From a virus (lineage: Duplodnaviria; Caudoviricetes): a stretch of 34,755 nucleotides of DNA. Made by a program: the position numbers and the translations under genes. Each line of letters begins with the position of its first letter. Positions within the stretch are counted from its first letter, which is position 1. The notes under the pieces are model-generated. The model was given only the letters and a program-made list of their open reading frames with translations. It was not told where the DNA came from and did no database searches. The stretch lies in IMG/VR virus record IMGVR_UViG_3300005573_001292, positions 1 through 34,755 of that record; one strand, 5' to 3'. This document shows, in pieces, positions 7,453 through 16,706 of this stretch.

Positions 7453-10113
7453 CTACTCCACAAACTTGTCAAGGGTCACAGCGCCGCGATCTTGGTAGGC
7501 CTGCACCCACTTGGGGATGAATTCCGAAACAGGCTCACCATGGTATTCGAGCATCGTCCCTAAGCAGTAGCCGGCGGTGGCTTCCGCCACCAAGGGGACG
7601 CGCAATCTGCGCCGGAAGTGTCGCCAACAATAATCGGCAACATCGTGCTGCAAAAGCTGCTTGGCTTGCTGGTAGGCTTCAGGCAAGTCCTTAGTAGGCA
7701 CTACAAAGACTAATGCGTCGTGTACTTCCATAATGGGCATTTGCAGTAGGTGGTAGGTTTTAGGTTTCTTGTGTAACAAGGCCATGGCAATCAGTACCAA
7801 CTGGTGGGCCGTACCTTGGATAGGACTGTTAATTGCCTGGTTGGCCCAGTAGGTGGAGCGCATCTCATCCTGCCCAATGTAGCGGCGGAAGCCGAACAAT
7901 GTCTCCACATAGCCAAACTGCTCCGCACGCCGGCGTTGTTCCCTTATGTAACGCGCTACGCCCTTGTAACGCTGGAAGTACCGGTCATAGTATTCGGAGA
8001 CCCGCTCTGGGGTTATGTCCACGTTTTCCATGCGCAGGCGCTGATACAATGACTCCTTGCTAGCACCATAGATTAACTGCCAGTGGAAGATCTTTACCGC
8101 ACGCCTAGTTTCCTTATCCTTGGCGATTTGTTCAATGGGCCACCCAGTAAGGATGTGCCCCACCTGGCAGTGAATGTCCTTGCCTTCAAGCTTAGCCTTC
8201 TCGGCATCCCATCCGGCTTCGCGAAACTGGCGGATCAATAGGGGGTCGCCAGACACTTCGGCCATCATGCGTACCTCGATTTGTGAGTAATCTAGGGACA
8301 AGAACACATGCTTGTCCAAGGCCGACTCTGGATCCTGCAAAACTATGCGCCAATTGGGATCGGATACAAACAAGTTCTGCAACAAGGGGTTGCCATGCAG
8401 ATTTTGGAAGTTCATCACGCCTTGGGCCATGGCGCTGTCGCCACGCCCACTGCGCAGGCGGCCCGTAACAGCCCCCGTAAGCCACCATATAGTGCGGGCT
8501 TGACCGCCATGCATCCTGGCGCTTACGGCAGCACCTTCCAAGTAGGTACTCTTCATCCGGCTAAGCTTCCGATAAGTTAGCACAAGCTGTAAGGCCTTAC
8601 TGCTTACCTGCGTTGCAAGCAGCCTTAGCACGTCGGCATCGGTGCTCTTGGTCCCGCTAATGTCGGGCAGTTTAAGCTTCTCGTACAACAGCCACGATAC
8701 TTGGTGTGGCGAGTCCGGGTTAAACTCAGGATCCTCGGCTATGTGTTGGAGTTTGCGCCGCGTCTCGTCCAGCAGGGGGTCTACGGCTTGGCTTACTGCT
8801 TGGTAGTGCTCCCAATCCACATAAGGCCCGCGCTGCTCCATGCCATCCAGAACAAAGGCCACAGCGATATAAACTTGGAGCAAGGGCAAGCTTATGTGAG
8901 GAGCCGTGTCTACTTCGATGCGCTTGGTAAGATCGCAATCAGCGCAATTGTACAGGACCAAGTCTGCCAAAGGAGTTTTGGCCAAGTGCCAATCATAGGG
9001 CGCAACTAGTTCCTTGTAGTCGGCAAACTCCGGATAATCACGCTGGGCCTGCGCATCCAAGCCATAAGTTCGTAACCCGCTGTCGTACAGATAGGCTGCA
9101 TATTGCGAATCGTAGTCGTAACCACGGACCCTTATGTCCAGCAATTCCCGCAACTGCTTTACATCGTACGATCCATGTTGGGCAACTTTGCGGATAGAAT
9201 CATCTTCCAAGATAGACCTAATGCCTTCAACTAGCGGCTGGATGCGCTTGGGGTCTTGGTCGGCCTCTGGATGGTACAGTATTACCGATCTAGCGCCGCC
9301 TTGCCATCTGCCATTCTCATCATAGTGGCCCCAACCAAACCCTATGGAAAGAATTATGCGGCGTCCATCAATGGTGTCATCCTCGACATCAAAGCTTATG
9401 CGCCTTCCAGCCTCCGCTTGGGCACGCAGAACCTTGCACAGCTTGCGCAGCTCATCGGCTGTGCACACTGCACCATAGTCCTGCGCTTTAATATACCCGT
9501 ACCGGCCTGGGTGCTGGCTTAAGAGTTTTGCCGCGCGCAGTCGCTTGCACCAACGCTGGTAAATGCGATCTGTACTGCTAGTCGCATTAGCACGCAATAA
9601 GTAACTAGGGTGAGCAGCCAGGACGGCATAAGCATCCCACTCGTCAACCCATATTACAGCCTTATCTTTGCGGTAGCGTGGTCCCAGTAGTTGTTTTGCA
9701 GCCACCTCACCCAAGATTAAGTGCACGCGGGCTCTACCCTGATTGCGCTCCAATGCCTCCACATTGTATATGGAGCAGCAGTACAGCTCCTGCGCTGTTG
9801 GTGTGTGGTCAACACCGCTACTATCAGCAGGCCAACACCGCACTACATTTTGCACGTCCACGTGGTCACGCGTAACGCCATAGCGGCGCAGAGCTTTCCA
9901 CAGCAGCTGGCCGGAGGGGCCTACCAGCTCCAAACCTTTGCTGTTTTCCTCCCAGCCTGGACACATAGCCCAAATCATGATTGGGCGACCACGAATCCGA
10001 TCCAAGCCCAAAATCTTCTTGATTCCGGGAACTTGGTTCAGCGGGCAGTAGCGACACCCACGCGGACCGCGGTTAACTGTAGTTTCCAAAACTGGCACGC
10101 CAAGATCAAGCAC
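7453..10113 (-). CDS. family A DNA polymerase with N-terminal family-4 UDG-like domain and 3'-5' exonuclease
   Basis: UDG-like CxxCPL, VGPSG, NVVRC, HPSYLLR; exonuclease FDVE, YD, YNCAD; polymerase TGRL, DYSQIEVR, motif B K...LIYG, QGTA, VHD. Confidence 0.92.
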   Translation of the reverse strand: MLDLGVPVLETTVNRGPRGCRYCPLNQVPGIKKILGLDRIRGRPIMIWAMCPGWEENSKGLELVGPSGQLLWKALRRYGVTRDHVDVQNVVRCWPADSSGVDHTPTAQELYCCSIYNVEALERNQGRARVHLILGEVAAKQLLGPRYRKDKAVIWVDEWDAYAVLAAHPSYLLRANATSSTDRIYQRWCKRLRAAKLLSQHPGRYGYIKAQDYGAVCTADELRKLCKVLRAQAEAGRRISFDVEDDTIDGRRIILSIGFGWGHYDENGRWQGGARSVILYHPEADQDPKRIQPLVEGIRSILEDDSIRKVAQHGSYDVKQLRELLDIRVRGYDYDSQYAAYLYDSGLRTYGLDAQAQRDYPEFADYKELVAPYDWHLAKTPLADLVLYNCADCDLTKRIEVDTAPHISLPLLQVYIAVAFVLDGMEQRGPYVDWEHYQAVSQAVDPLLDETRRKLQHIAEDPEFNPDSPHQVSWLLYEKLKLPDISGTKSTDADVLRLLATQVSSKALQLVLTYRKLSRMKSTYLEGAAVSARMHGGQARTIWWLTGAVTGRLRSGRGDSAMAQGVMNFQNLHGNPLLQNLFVSDPNWRIVLQDPESALDKHVFLSLDYSQIEVRMMAEVSGDPLLIRQFREAGWDAEKAKLEGKDIHCQVGHILTGWPIEQIAKDKETRRAVKIFHWQLIYGASKESLYQRLRMENVDITPERVSEYYDRYFQRYKGVARYIREQRRRAEQFGYVETLFGFRRYIGQDEMRSTYWANQAINSPIQGTAHQLVLIAMALLHKKPKTYHLLQMPIMEVHDALVFVVPTKDLPEAYQQAKQLLQHDVADYCWRHFRRRLRVPLVAEATAGYCLGTMLEYHGEPVSEFIPKWVQAYQDRGAVTLDKFVE

Positions 10114-11164
10114 GGGCAGCTACCATAAGCACATAGGTATGGCCATTTACTGTAGATCTGGCTACAGCACAATTTTCTGCCATGGCAAATTGGATGGTAG
10201 TGGCACCAAGCTCGGCAATGTGGTTGACAAACGGCGAGATGTGCGGTAACCCAATACTGACCGCGAACTCGCCACCGGTAACTAGCTTAAACCGGTAGCT
10301 TACCTTGACGTCCTGCTCTGCAACGGCTATGGTTAGCTGGTCGCCACTGGATTTCAAGCTAACAGCGCCACGACTAGCCGCCTTGCTCACCCGTCGCAAG
10401 CCCATGTGCAAGTCGGCGACCGGTGCGACTACTTCTGCCGGCACATCCATGCCGCGCTTTAGCAAGTCCGCCATCTTGTTTGCCGGCATTTTGTCCAACC
10501 GGAAGTGCCGCGGCTGGAACAGGTACCCATAATCGGTAACCACGCCGCATCCAGCTTGACTGTAGCGAACCTCTGCAGTCTTTAGTTTGGCGATCGTAGC
10601 TGCCAGCTCGACAGGAATGGTGCAGGTCGCATCAACCGCCTGGCTGCACAGGCCTACTAGCGCAACATTGTCGCTAGCAAAGGCACCAAACCCACTTGTC
10701 AATCGGATGGCAGACAAATGCTCCAATCCAGGACTGCGCGCCGCGTAACGGCTAAGCATAGCCATACTGCCGACTACGATGGATGGTAACTGCAAAACAT
10801 CGCCACTGCCATCCCAATCGTAGTAATTAAGCGTTTCGTGTACCTGCTGCAGCTCCATACTGTATTCCCCGCAGCTTAGCCGCAACACATTGCCATCGCA
10901 ACTGACAGTGACCACGTCACCATCGGCAGCGCCCAAAAACGACCCCAAGTGTGGGCGCGAAGCGTACCATTCTCGTACTCCACAGTGAAGCTCACCTAAT
11001 GCTTGGCAGCGGGCCATCGCTATGGTGATCCCGCTTAGGTACAGCTCTAGCTCTGTACCCGTACCAACCATCCGCACATACCGACTAGTAGGCAAAGCAG
11101 GGCTTTTGTCTACCACGTCAACCCAATCAAAAGCTCGGCGAAACTCATCAAGCTTGACTTCCAT
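10106..11164 (-). CDS. DNA sliding clamp (beta/DnaN-like), divergent
   Basis: ~350 aa alternating beta/alpha pattern, ASD motif like the beta-clamp ATDG, C-terminal YVLM, next to the polymerase with a clamp loader in the same operon. Confidence 0.6.
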   Translation of the reverse strand: MEVKLDEFRRAFDWVDVVDKSPALPTSRYVRMVGTGTELELYLSGITIAMARCQALGELHCGVREWYASRPHLGSFLGAADGDVVTVSCDGNVLRLSCGEYSMELQQVHETLNYYDWDGSGDVLQLPSIVVGSMAMLSRYAARSPGLEHLSAIRLTSGFGAFASDNVALVGLCSQAVDATCTIPVELAATIAKLKTAEVRYSQAGCGVVTDYGYLFQPRHFRLDKMPANKMADLLKRGMDVPAEVVAPVADLHMGLRRVSKAASRGAVSLKSSGDQLTIAVAEQDVKVSYRFKLVTGGEFAVSIGLPHISPFVNHIAELGATTIQFAMAENCAVARSTVNGHTYVLMVAARA

Positions 11165-11666
11165 AGGCAACCACCCTGAGTATTGTACGGAACTCGTCAA
11201 AATTAGCCCCAATGGCCCTCACCAATTGGCGTAATTCATCCATTAACCATGGGCTTAATGGGCGATAGCGCCGGTTTCGGCTAAAGCGCACCAACTCGCG
11301 ACGCAATTCTGGGCTGGCCATGGCTAAAAGCTTGCGGGCCATTAAGGTCAACTCCACACGCGGCAGGCCGCCATGGCAGCCAACGTGTTTGGCATGTTCA
11401 GGCGGGACCACAGCGGCGCAGCGCTTGGAGTTTGCATAGTACGACACCATACTCTTACAGTAGTTGCTTGCCACTACCCAGACAAACGTGCTTGGCGAGC
11501 AAGTGCCGTCGTAACGATCAGCCACTGCCACAAGATGTGCGACAGCATCGCTGATCATGTCGTCCAAGTCTATAAATGCCCTAGCCGCAGGCGGAAGCTT
11601 TTGCCAATAGCTATAGGCTATGCGGCAAACAATCCCCAAGTTGGGCTGGTCCTTTAATCGCTGCAT
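11148..11666 (-). CDS. phage sigma70-family sigma factor-like protein
   Basis: region-2-like DLDDMISD...L...DRYD....STFVW..ASN; ATG 11666 with GGAGG RBS. Confidence 0.65.
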   Translation of the reverse strand: MQRLKDQPNLGIVCRIAYSYWQKLPPAARAFIDLDDMISDAVAHLVAVADRYDGTCSPSTFVWVVASNYCKSMVSYYANSKRCAAVVPPEHAKHVGCHGGLPRVELTLMARKLLAMASPELRRELVRFSRNRRYRPLSPWLMDELRQLVRAIGANFDEFRTILRVVAYGSQA

Positions 11667-12564
11667 GGACAAATTCCCTCCTGTAATACAACAAGTCCAC
11701 CAAGTTGTGATCGGCACAAAAGGTCATAAAATGCTTCATTGCACGGTCAGGGTCAACATCTAAGGACCAATCCACCTTCCACCGCCTGACAAGGTGGTGT
11801 ATCCGCGGGTCATCAAAACTGCGTGGGATACAGGCAACCTGGTATGCTGCCTGTACTTGGCTCCAGTAGGACTCAACACTGGCAAACTTGCGCCGGAACT
11901 CTGCAGGTTGCTGGTCAAACGGCAATTCTGGCCGGCCACCAGCCTGCACCATCCGCAAAGCTGTTTCCGGCCCCACGCCGGGGATGGGCTTAATGTGGTC
12001 GGCAGTGTCTCCTCCAAAGGCTAGAAAGGCTGGCCACCTGTGTACAGGGATTCCGTATTTCCGCTCCACAATTTGCTGTGTGACCTCGGTAAAGCGACCA
12101 TCACCAGAATGTACGATCTTAACCCTGTCGCTATCCAGCAGCTGGTACAGATCATGATCGGCAGTGTAAATTAGCACGGAATTGCACTGCACAGTGGATG
12201 CTAGGATCCCGATAGCATCGTCGGCTTCCAAGCCTGGTGCGCCGACCTGCGGGCGACCGATCTTGCGGAACAATTGCTGGATTTTGCCAATCTGGGCAAA
12301 CAGTGTTTCCGAGTCCGGTTTCGACTTGCGACTTGCCTTGTAGTCCTTGTAAATGGCATAGCGCCAGTTGCGAGCCTTGCCTCCATAATGATCCCAGCAC
12401 AGCACTATGGGATACCCGAACTCGCGTTCTAGGCGCAACAATGTGCGCAGGAACCCATAGTACATGCCGACTGGCTGGCCATCAGCATCACGCATTGTTT
12501 GGTAAGCATAGTACGAGCGATAGGCGAGGCCGTGAGCATCTACAAGTAACAATCGGCCTGTCAT
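11611..12564 (-). CDS. 5'-3' exonuclease / flap endonuclease (Pol I N-terminal-like)
   Basis: LLLVDAHGLAYRSYYA, YKASR, EADDAIG, D.DLYQL, GDTAD.I..IPGVG. Confidence 0.92.
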   Translation of the reverse strand: MTGRLLLVDAHGLAYRSYYAYQTMRDADGQPVGMYYGFLRTLLRLEREFGYPIVLCWDHYGGKARNWRYAIYKDYKASRKSKPDSETLFAQIGKIQQLFRKIGRPQVGAPGLEADDAIGILASTVQCNSVLIYTADHDLYQLLDSDRVKIVHSGDGRFTEVTQQIVERKYGIPVHRWPAFLAFGGDTADHIKPIPGVGPETALRMVQAGGRPELPFDQQPAEFRRKFASVESYWSQVQAAYQVACIPRSFDDPRIHHLVRRWKVDWSLDVDPDRAMKHFMTFCADHNLVDLLYYRREFVHAAIKGPAQLGDCLPHSL

Positions 12565-12764
12565 TTCACACCCCTGTACGTAATTCCCCGCAACAGAAAG
12601 CTTAAAGCTGTCCGTGATACCTTGAACCGCTTGGACAATTGATCTTGGGTCCAACGTTGACCGTTTTCACCTTCAAAGTAAAGCTTGCGGATCAGCCGAA
12701 CTTGGCTTGGGCGCAACTTGGCCCGCCAACTAACCAACCGTTTGCGTGGCATAGATTTAGTCAC
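12561..12764 (-). CDS. small helix-turn-helix DNA-binding protein
   Basis: AKL...QV..IR..Y...TQ..LS.RF.VS...S....G.TY; overlaps both neighbours. Confidence 0.7.
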   Translation of the reverse strand: MTKSMPRKRLVSWRAKLRPSQVRLIRKLYFEGENGQRWTQDQLSKRFKVSRTALSFLLRGITYRGVK

Positions 12765-13659
12765 CTCCTAACATAAGTTTGGCTTGCATTTGCCAGTTGT
12801 AAGGGCGGACGCGGTATAACTGTCGGATTTCATCCAGGGATACCTCGTCTGCCGGCTTACTTACTGGCCATACAACACTTACATCAAATCCGTTTGCCCT
12901 AAGCAGCTCCGCACTGCTAATACAACCCTGCCTGCCTGCCTTATCAGGATCGGGCCACAACACTACATGCCCGACACCCAACGCTTGGAGCTGTTCTAGC
13001 TGGTAATCGGTCAGCTCCCTGCCCAGCGTTGCACTAACTGGACGGTTCAGGGCACGCTCGATGCGCAAGGCCTTGAATACGCCTTCAGCCAGGATCAAAG
13101 TCTCCGCCGGCCTTGGGTTAAACAACGCTTTGCGACCCCCGCTAAGGTAGCGCGGCTCCTTGCCAGCAATGTCACGGGCAACAAATCCTTGCAGCTTGCC
13201 GTTGTACCACAAAGGGAACACTACCCGGTAGGCGTAATTGCCAACAAATGTCGCGCCGACCTTGTACCGTACAATCTGCTGCTTGCTTACGCCGCGATGC
13301 AGCAAATACTGCAAGGCCAATTGATCAAGTTCATCACCAACCGTACCAACGATGCTGAAGCCTATAGGCAAACCTATACTGCAGCTCCCGTCAGGGCTAG
13401 AATCATCCTGCGGCAATTGGTGGTATTGATCCTTCGCCCCCAAATAATCCAACAGCCGCTCTACGGCATTCTGGCTGCGCCAACCGCAGTTAAAGCAGTG
13501 GCCCATACCACGTGCGATGTTTATCCCTAGTCGGAACCGGCGATCCGGTGTCTCCCCACGACTGGTGCAGAATGGGCAACACAAGCGAATCTCATCACTA
13601 CGGACAGAGTGGCGGCGGTATGGGATCCCTCGCAGCTCCAAAATTTCCACTAGGGTCAC
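12757..13659 (-). CDS. DNA primase (zinc finger + TOPRIM)
   Basis: CPFC...HCFNCG, YL..RG, RVVFP, EG and DPD.AG TOPRIM acidic motifs. Confidence 0.9.
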   Translation of the reverse strand: MTLVEILELRGIPYRRHSVRSDEIRLCCPFCTSRGETPDRRFRLGINIARGMGHCFNCGWRSQNAVERLLDYLGAKDQYHQLPQDDSSPDGSCSIGLPIGFSIVGTVGDELDQLALQYLLHRGVSKQQIVRYKVGATFVGNYAYRVVFPLWYNGKLQGFVARDIAGKEPRYLSGGRKALFNPRPAETLILAEGVFKALRIERALNRPVSATLGRELTDYQLEQLQALGVGHVVLWPDPDKAGRQGCISSAELLRANGFDVSVVWPVSKPADEVSLDEIRQLYRVRPYNWQMQAKLMLGGD

Positions 13660-15011
13660 AGGTCGTCCTCCTCCTGGTAGTCTATGCCTTGGCCGTAGCG
13701 GGCTTGCGCTTCCAAAGTGCGTATGCGGTCATAGATCATCATGCATTCCTTGTCCGGCATGATGTTACAGCCAACATGCTGGCGGTCAAACTTGTGCTTG
13801 GCTACCCAGATGTAGATACTGTCTTCGCCCCAATCGCCTTTACCAAGCCCTAGCACCAGGGTAGCCTTGCGGACCTTGCCAATGTCTTCGGCTACACGAT
13901 CACTGCTAAGGATCTTGACATTTTCCGTACCACGCTGAGTTTGTGCCGCCGTCCAAACGATAATGTTATATCGTCCTGCTAGTTGACGCAGTTCACGGTA
14001 AATGTCGGCAAACTCAAGACGGCGTTCCTGGTAGCGGCGACTGGGGACAATTTCATCGTCGTAGTCTATGATTATGGCGTCAGCCTTAAAGCCACGGTCC
14101 CGTTCACGCAGAAAGACTTCCTCCATCTGGCGTACGGTAAAGCCGCCTTCCGTGCCATCCACCAACCGCAGCTGCGCCTTTACCAACCTGCGGAACCTTG
14201 CAAAGCGTTGGCGAACTGTGTTGGGATCCTCGTGCAAGCGACTTTTAGGGATTCCGGTAACGGCAGCATCAAGACGATCTTCAAGCTCCGTGACCGGATC
14301 TTCCAAGGTAAACATCAAAACATTCAGGCGCTGCAGCGTATATGCCACCGCCAGCCACGCCAGCATTAGGCTTTTGCCACGGGCCGTATATCCCATAACC
14401 AAACCGAACTCGCCTGGGCCTATCCCGCGTATTAAGGCATCCAACGGATCAATAAAGAACCACGGAACCTTCCCATGGGGGCGCAGCAAACGGCGTTCCA
14501 AGCGATTTTCTAAGGTGCCAAAGTAGTCTATGGGCTGCGACTCCTCGACGGGCTGCAAAACTTTAGCCGTAAGTTCACGCCAAGCTTGGTCGGTCAGTTT
14601 GCCGGCTGCTTGCAGCTCCACCATTTGCTGCAACACTTGCGCCCGTAAGTGGCTGCGCTTGTAGTCCACAACACGCCCAACAATGGCATCCGGGTTAGTA
14701 CGCTTAAGCCTAGTCAGCCTAGCAATGTAGTCTTCAAGCTCGGCAATCTGGCGCTGGCCAAGGCCCAATTGGTCGGCGTAGTGCAGCACGTCGGACCGTA
14801 GCAGGTCGCCCAACGGTTCACGAAACTTGCGGTAATGCTCCAAGGCACGTTCCGCCACAATCCACCTGGCCCTGCCATCACGCATTGTAGGCAAGGGCTT
14901 AAAGTCATCCGGCGTTAGCACTGGGGCGGCCTTGCGCAAAGCTGTTGGATCGAAACACAGCAGGGCAACTAGCTGATCCTGAAAAGCCTCATCAGCAAAG
15001 AATGGCTTCAC
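13656..15011 (-). CDS. replicative DnaB-like helicase
   Basis: Walker A G....GKS, TLE, Walker B IIIDY, WTAAQ; GTG 15011 with GGAGG RBS and GTGA overlap. Confidence 0.9.
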   Translation of the reverse strand: MKPFFADEAFQDQLVALLCFDPTALRKAAPVLTPDDFKPLPTMRDGRARWIVAERALEHYRKFREPLGDLLRSDVLHYADQLGLGQRQIAELEDYIARLTRLKRTNPDAIVGRVVDYKRSHLRAQVLQQMVELQAAGKLTDQAWRELTAKVLQPVEESQPIDYFGTLENRLERRLLRPHGKVPWFFIDPLDALIRGIGPGEFGLVMGYTARGKSLMLAWLAVAYTLQRLNVLMFTLEDPVTELEDRLDAAVTGIPKSRLHEDPNTVRQRFARFRRLVKAQLRLVDGTEGGFTVRQMEEVFLRERDRGFKADAIIIDYDDEIVPSRRYQERRLEFADIYRELRQLAGRYNIIVWTAAQTQRGTENVKILSSDRVAEDIGKVRKATLVLGLGKGDWGEDSIYIWVAKHKFDRQHVGCNIMPDKECMMIYDRIRTLEAQARYGQGIDYQEEDDL

Positions 15012-15754
15012 AACATCCTCCACGGATTGCCACGCCACGGGCGGTAGTAGCGCTCCGCACACTGGTAGTAGCGCTGGCGGTACCGCTCCATGGCTGTGCC
15101 ATAAGACTGCAAAATGTCGCCACTGATCCTAGGCATGCCTGCCAAGCGCATTATCATGGCGCTGCGGTAGGCCAAGTGGTTCTCACCATTCGGATAGGCC
15201 TTGGCAACAACGTCCTCGACCCATTGGCGAGATTTTACCCCGCACAGGGTTGCGGCCCGCACTCCTAGGGTGGCAAAGCCGTTGCTAGGCTGGCGCACAT
15301 TGCGGTACTTGTCCAGCAAAACGCGCAGCAAGAATTCGACTGTAACTGCATACCGCAGCGACCACACGTAAAGATTCAACAAGCGCAGACGGTCGTTGGC
15401 CTTGGATGGCAGGATTACAATACTTGGGGGAACGCCCTCAACGTTTGCCAAAGCCTGGGCCAAGTGGCGCTCAAACCGACTACAGAATGACTGCCAACGC
15501 GGCAGCTGCACGTAGTACCCAAGCACAGCCATGCACGGAAGTCGGTCTGGGCATGCCTGGCAGTCGGGGCTGGTGGGATCGAGGCCTAGCGGAGGGCGAT
15601 CCTTGCCAAAGCAACTTTCACGCTGGGGTTTTTGCTGCCACTGCCCGTAGCACTGGTAGCAAATCATGGACGGCAGAAAGTATCGGCTTGATTCGATATC
15701 GTCAAGCCCATAACGACGCCGGCATGACAAGCATTCAACCAGCACGGCACCCAT
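15008..15754 (-). CDS. Cys-rich hypothetical protein (possible helicase loader/initiator)
   Basis: CxxC, CxxC, CFG, CxxCP..C clusters; translationally coupled to the helicase; function inferred from position only. Confidence 0.6.
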   Translation of the reverse strand: MGAVLVECLSCRRRYGLDDIESSRYFLPSMICYQCYGQWQQKPQRESCFGKDRPPLGLDPTSPDCQACPDRLPCMAVLGYYVQLPRWQSFCSRFERHLAQALANVEGVPPSIVILPSKANDRLRLLNLYVWSLRYAVTVEFLLRVLLDKYRNVRQPSNGFATLGVRAATLCGVKSRQWVEDVVAKAYPNGENHLAYRSAMIMRLAGMPRISGDILQSYGTAMERYRQRYYQCAERYYRPWRGNPWRML

Positions 15755-15810
15755 TATATAACCAACTGCGGCCAATGTAAAGCCACTTTATGGGCGGAGC
15801 TTGAAACTCA

Positions 15811-15990
15811 TCATTGGCTGCACTGTGGGCAGCACTTGGGGCAATAGGCTTTACGCTGGCCGTGGGGGATGTGGATTGTTGCAGTAAACTGGCCGCACTT
15901 CCTGCAAACGCCTTGTACGCCTTGTAGGCGAGTACACTTGCCACCCCTGCTTGGATGGGCTTGGGCTTGGCTGCTGGTTTGGTTTGGCAT
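15811..15990 (-). CDS. small zinc-ribbon protein (59 aa)
   Basis: ATG 15990 with GGAGG RBS; CRKC and CPKCCPQC. Confidence 0.55.
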   Translation of the reverse strand: MPNQTSSQAQAHPSRGGKCTRLQGVQGVCRKCGQFTATIHIPHGQRKAYCPKCCPQCSQ

Positions 15991-16383
15991 AAGGTGGCCC
16001 TCCATGTTGCGCCATAAGTATGATACGCCTAAAGCTATGGTGAGTACCAAGGGCCGGACTTTAGCATTTGACCACTGGGGGCCGTATTAACAGTCGAATC
16101 GGGCTACCAGACAGTCCTGAACGGTCGTGAAATCCGTGAGCTAAGGGGCCTAGAACGGGAGCTATTGCGTCGCTGGGGCGGGGGCGGTGTATGGTACTAG
16201 ACCGTTCAACAGTTCCCGCCTAAAAGCGTTCTCACCAAATTGTAAGCTTCGATGCTAAAGCCGCTTGATTGTACTGCAAAGGCAGTGTGGTATCGTCTAG
16301 GCGCTGCTGCAGGAACTTTCCAGGCATTTGGTTTGATCACGCCCCCAGCCTCTCTCGCTGCGAAGAATTGATGCCGCAGGCTA

Positions 16384-16509
16384 AAGCTCGCCAAAGCGCC
16401 TAACGCCCCCGAAGGGCGTTAGGCGAGTCGGCGAGCTTAACAACTCACCATCAGTGGAAATGAACTGGCTCCGAAGGAGCCAGTGAATTCACACTGATGG
16501 TGAGTTGTT
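16384..16509. repeat. two adjacent long inverted repeats, both capped by CCGAAGG
   Basis: hairpin 1: 16384-16392/16430-16438 and 16397-16408/16414-16425; hairpin 2: 18-bp 16439-16456/16492-16509 and 9-bp 16464-16472/16476-16484 with a GAA loop. Confidence 0.9.
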
Positions 16510-16675
16510 CACTGTAGCCATAGTACACCGTGGAGCTATAGTCATAGCTATAGCTATAACTGTTGGCCCCCCCCCCACCCCCTATAGTCCCCCGCCCCCG
16601 CCCCAACGGCTCCCAAGGCTTTGGGGAAAGCTTTAAGCAAACTCGCCATCGCTAACGGCTGCAACTCACCACAAG

Positions 16676-16703
16676 GGAAACTGTGGCCCCAGCCGTATAA
16701 TAC
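16676..16703 (+). promoter_or_regulatory. putative phage promoter GGAA-N16-TATAAT (CGTATAATAC core), copy 2
   Basis: TATAAT at 16696-16701, 5 nt before GTG 16707 with no RBS (possibly leaderless). Confidence 0.65.
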
Positions 16704-16706
16704 AGT

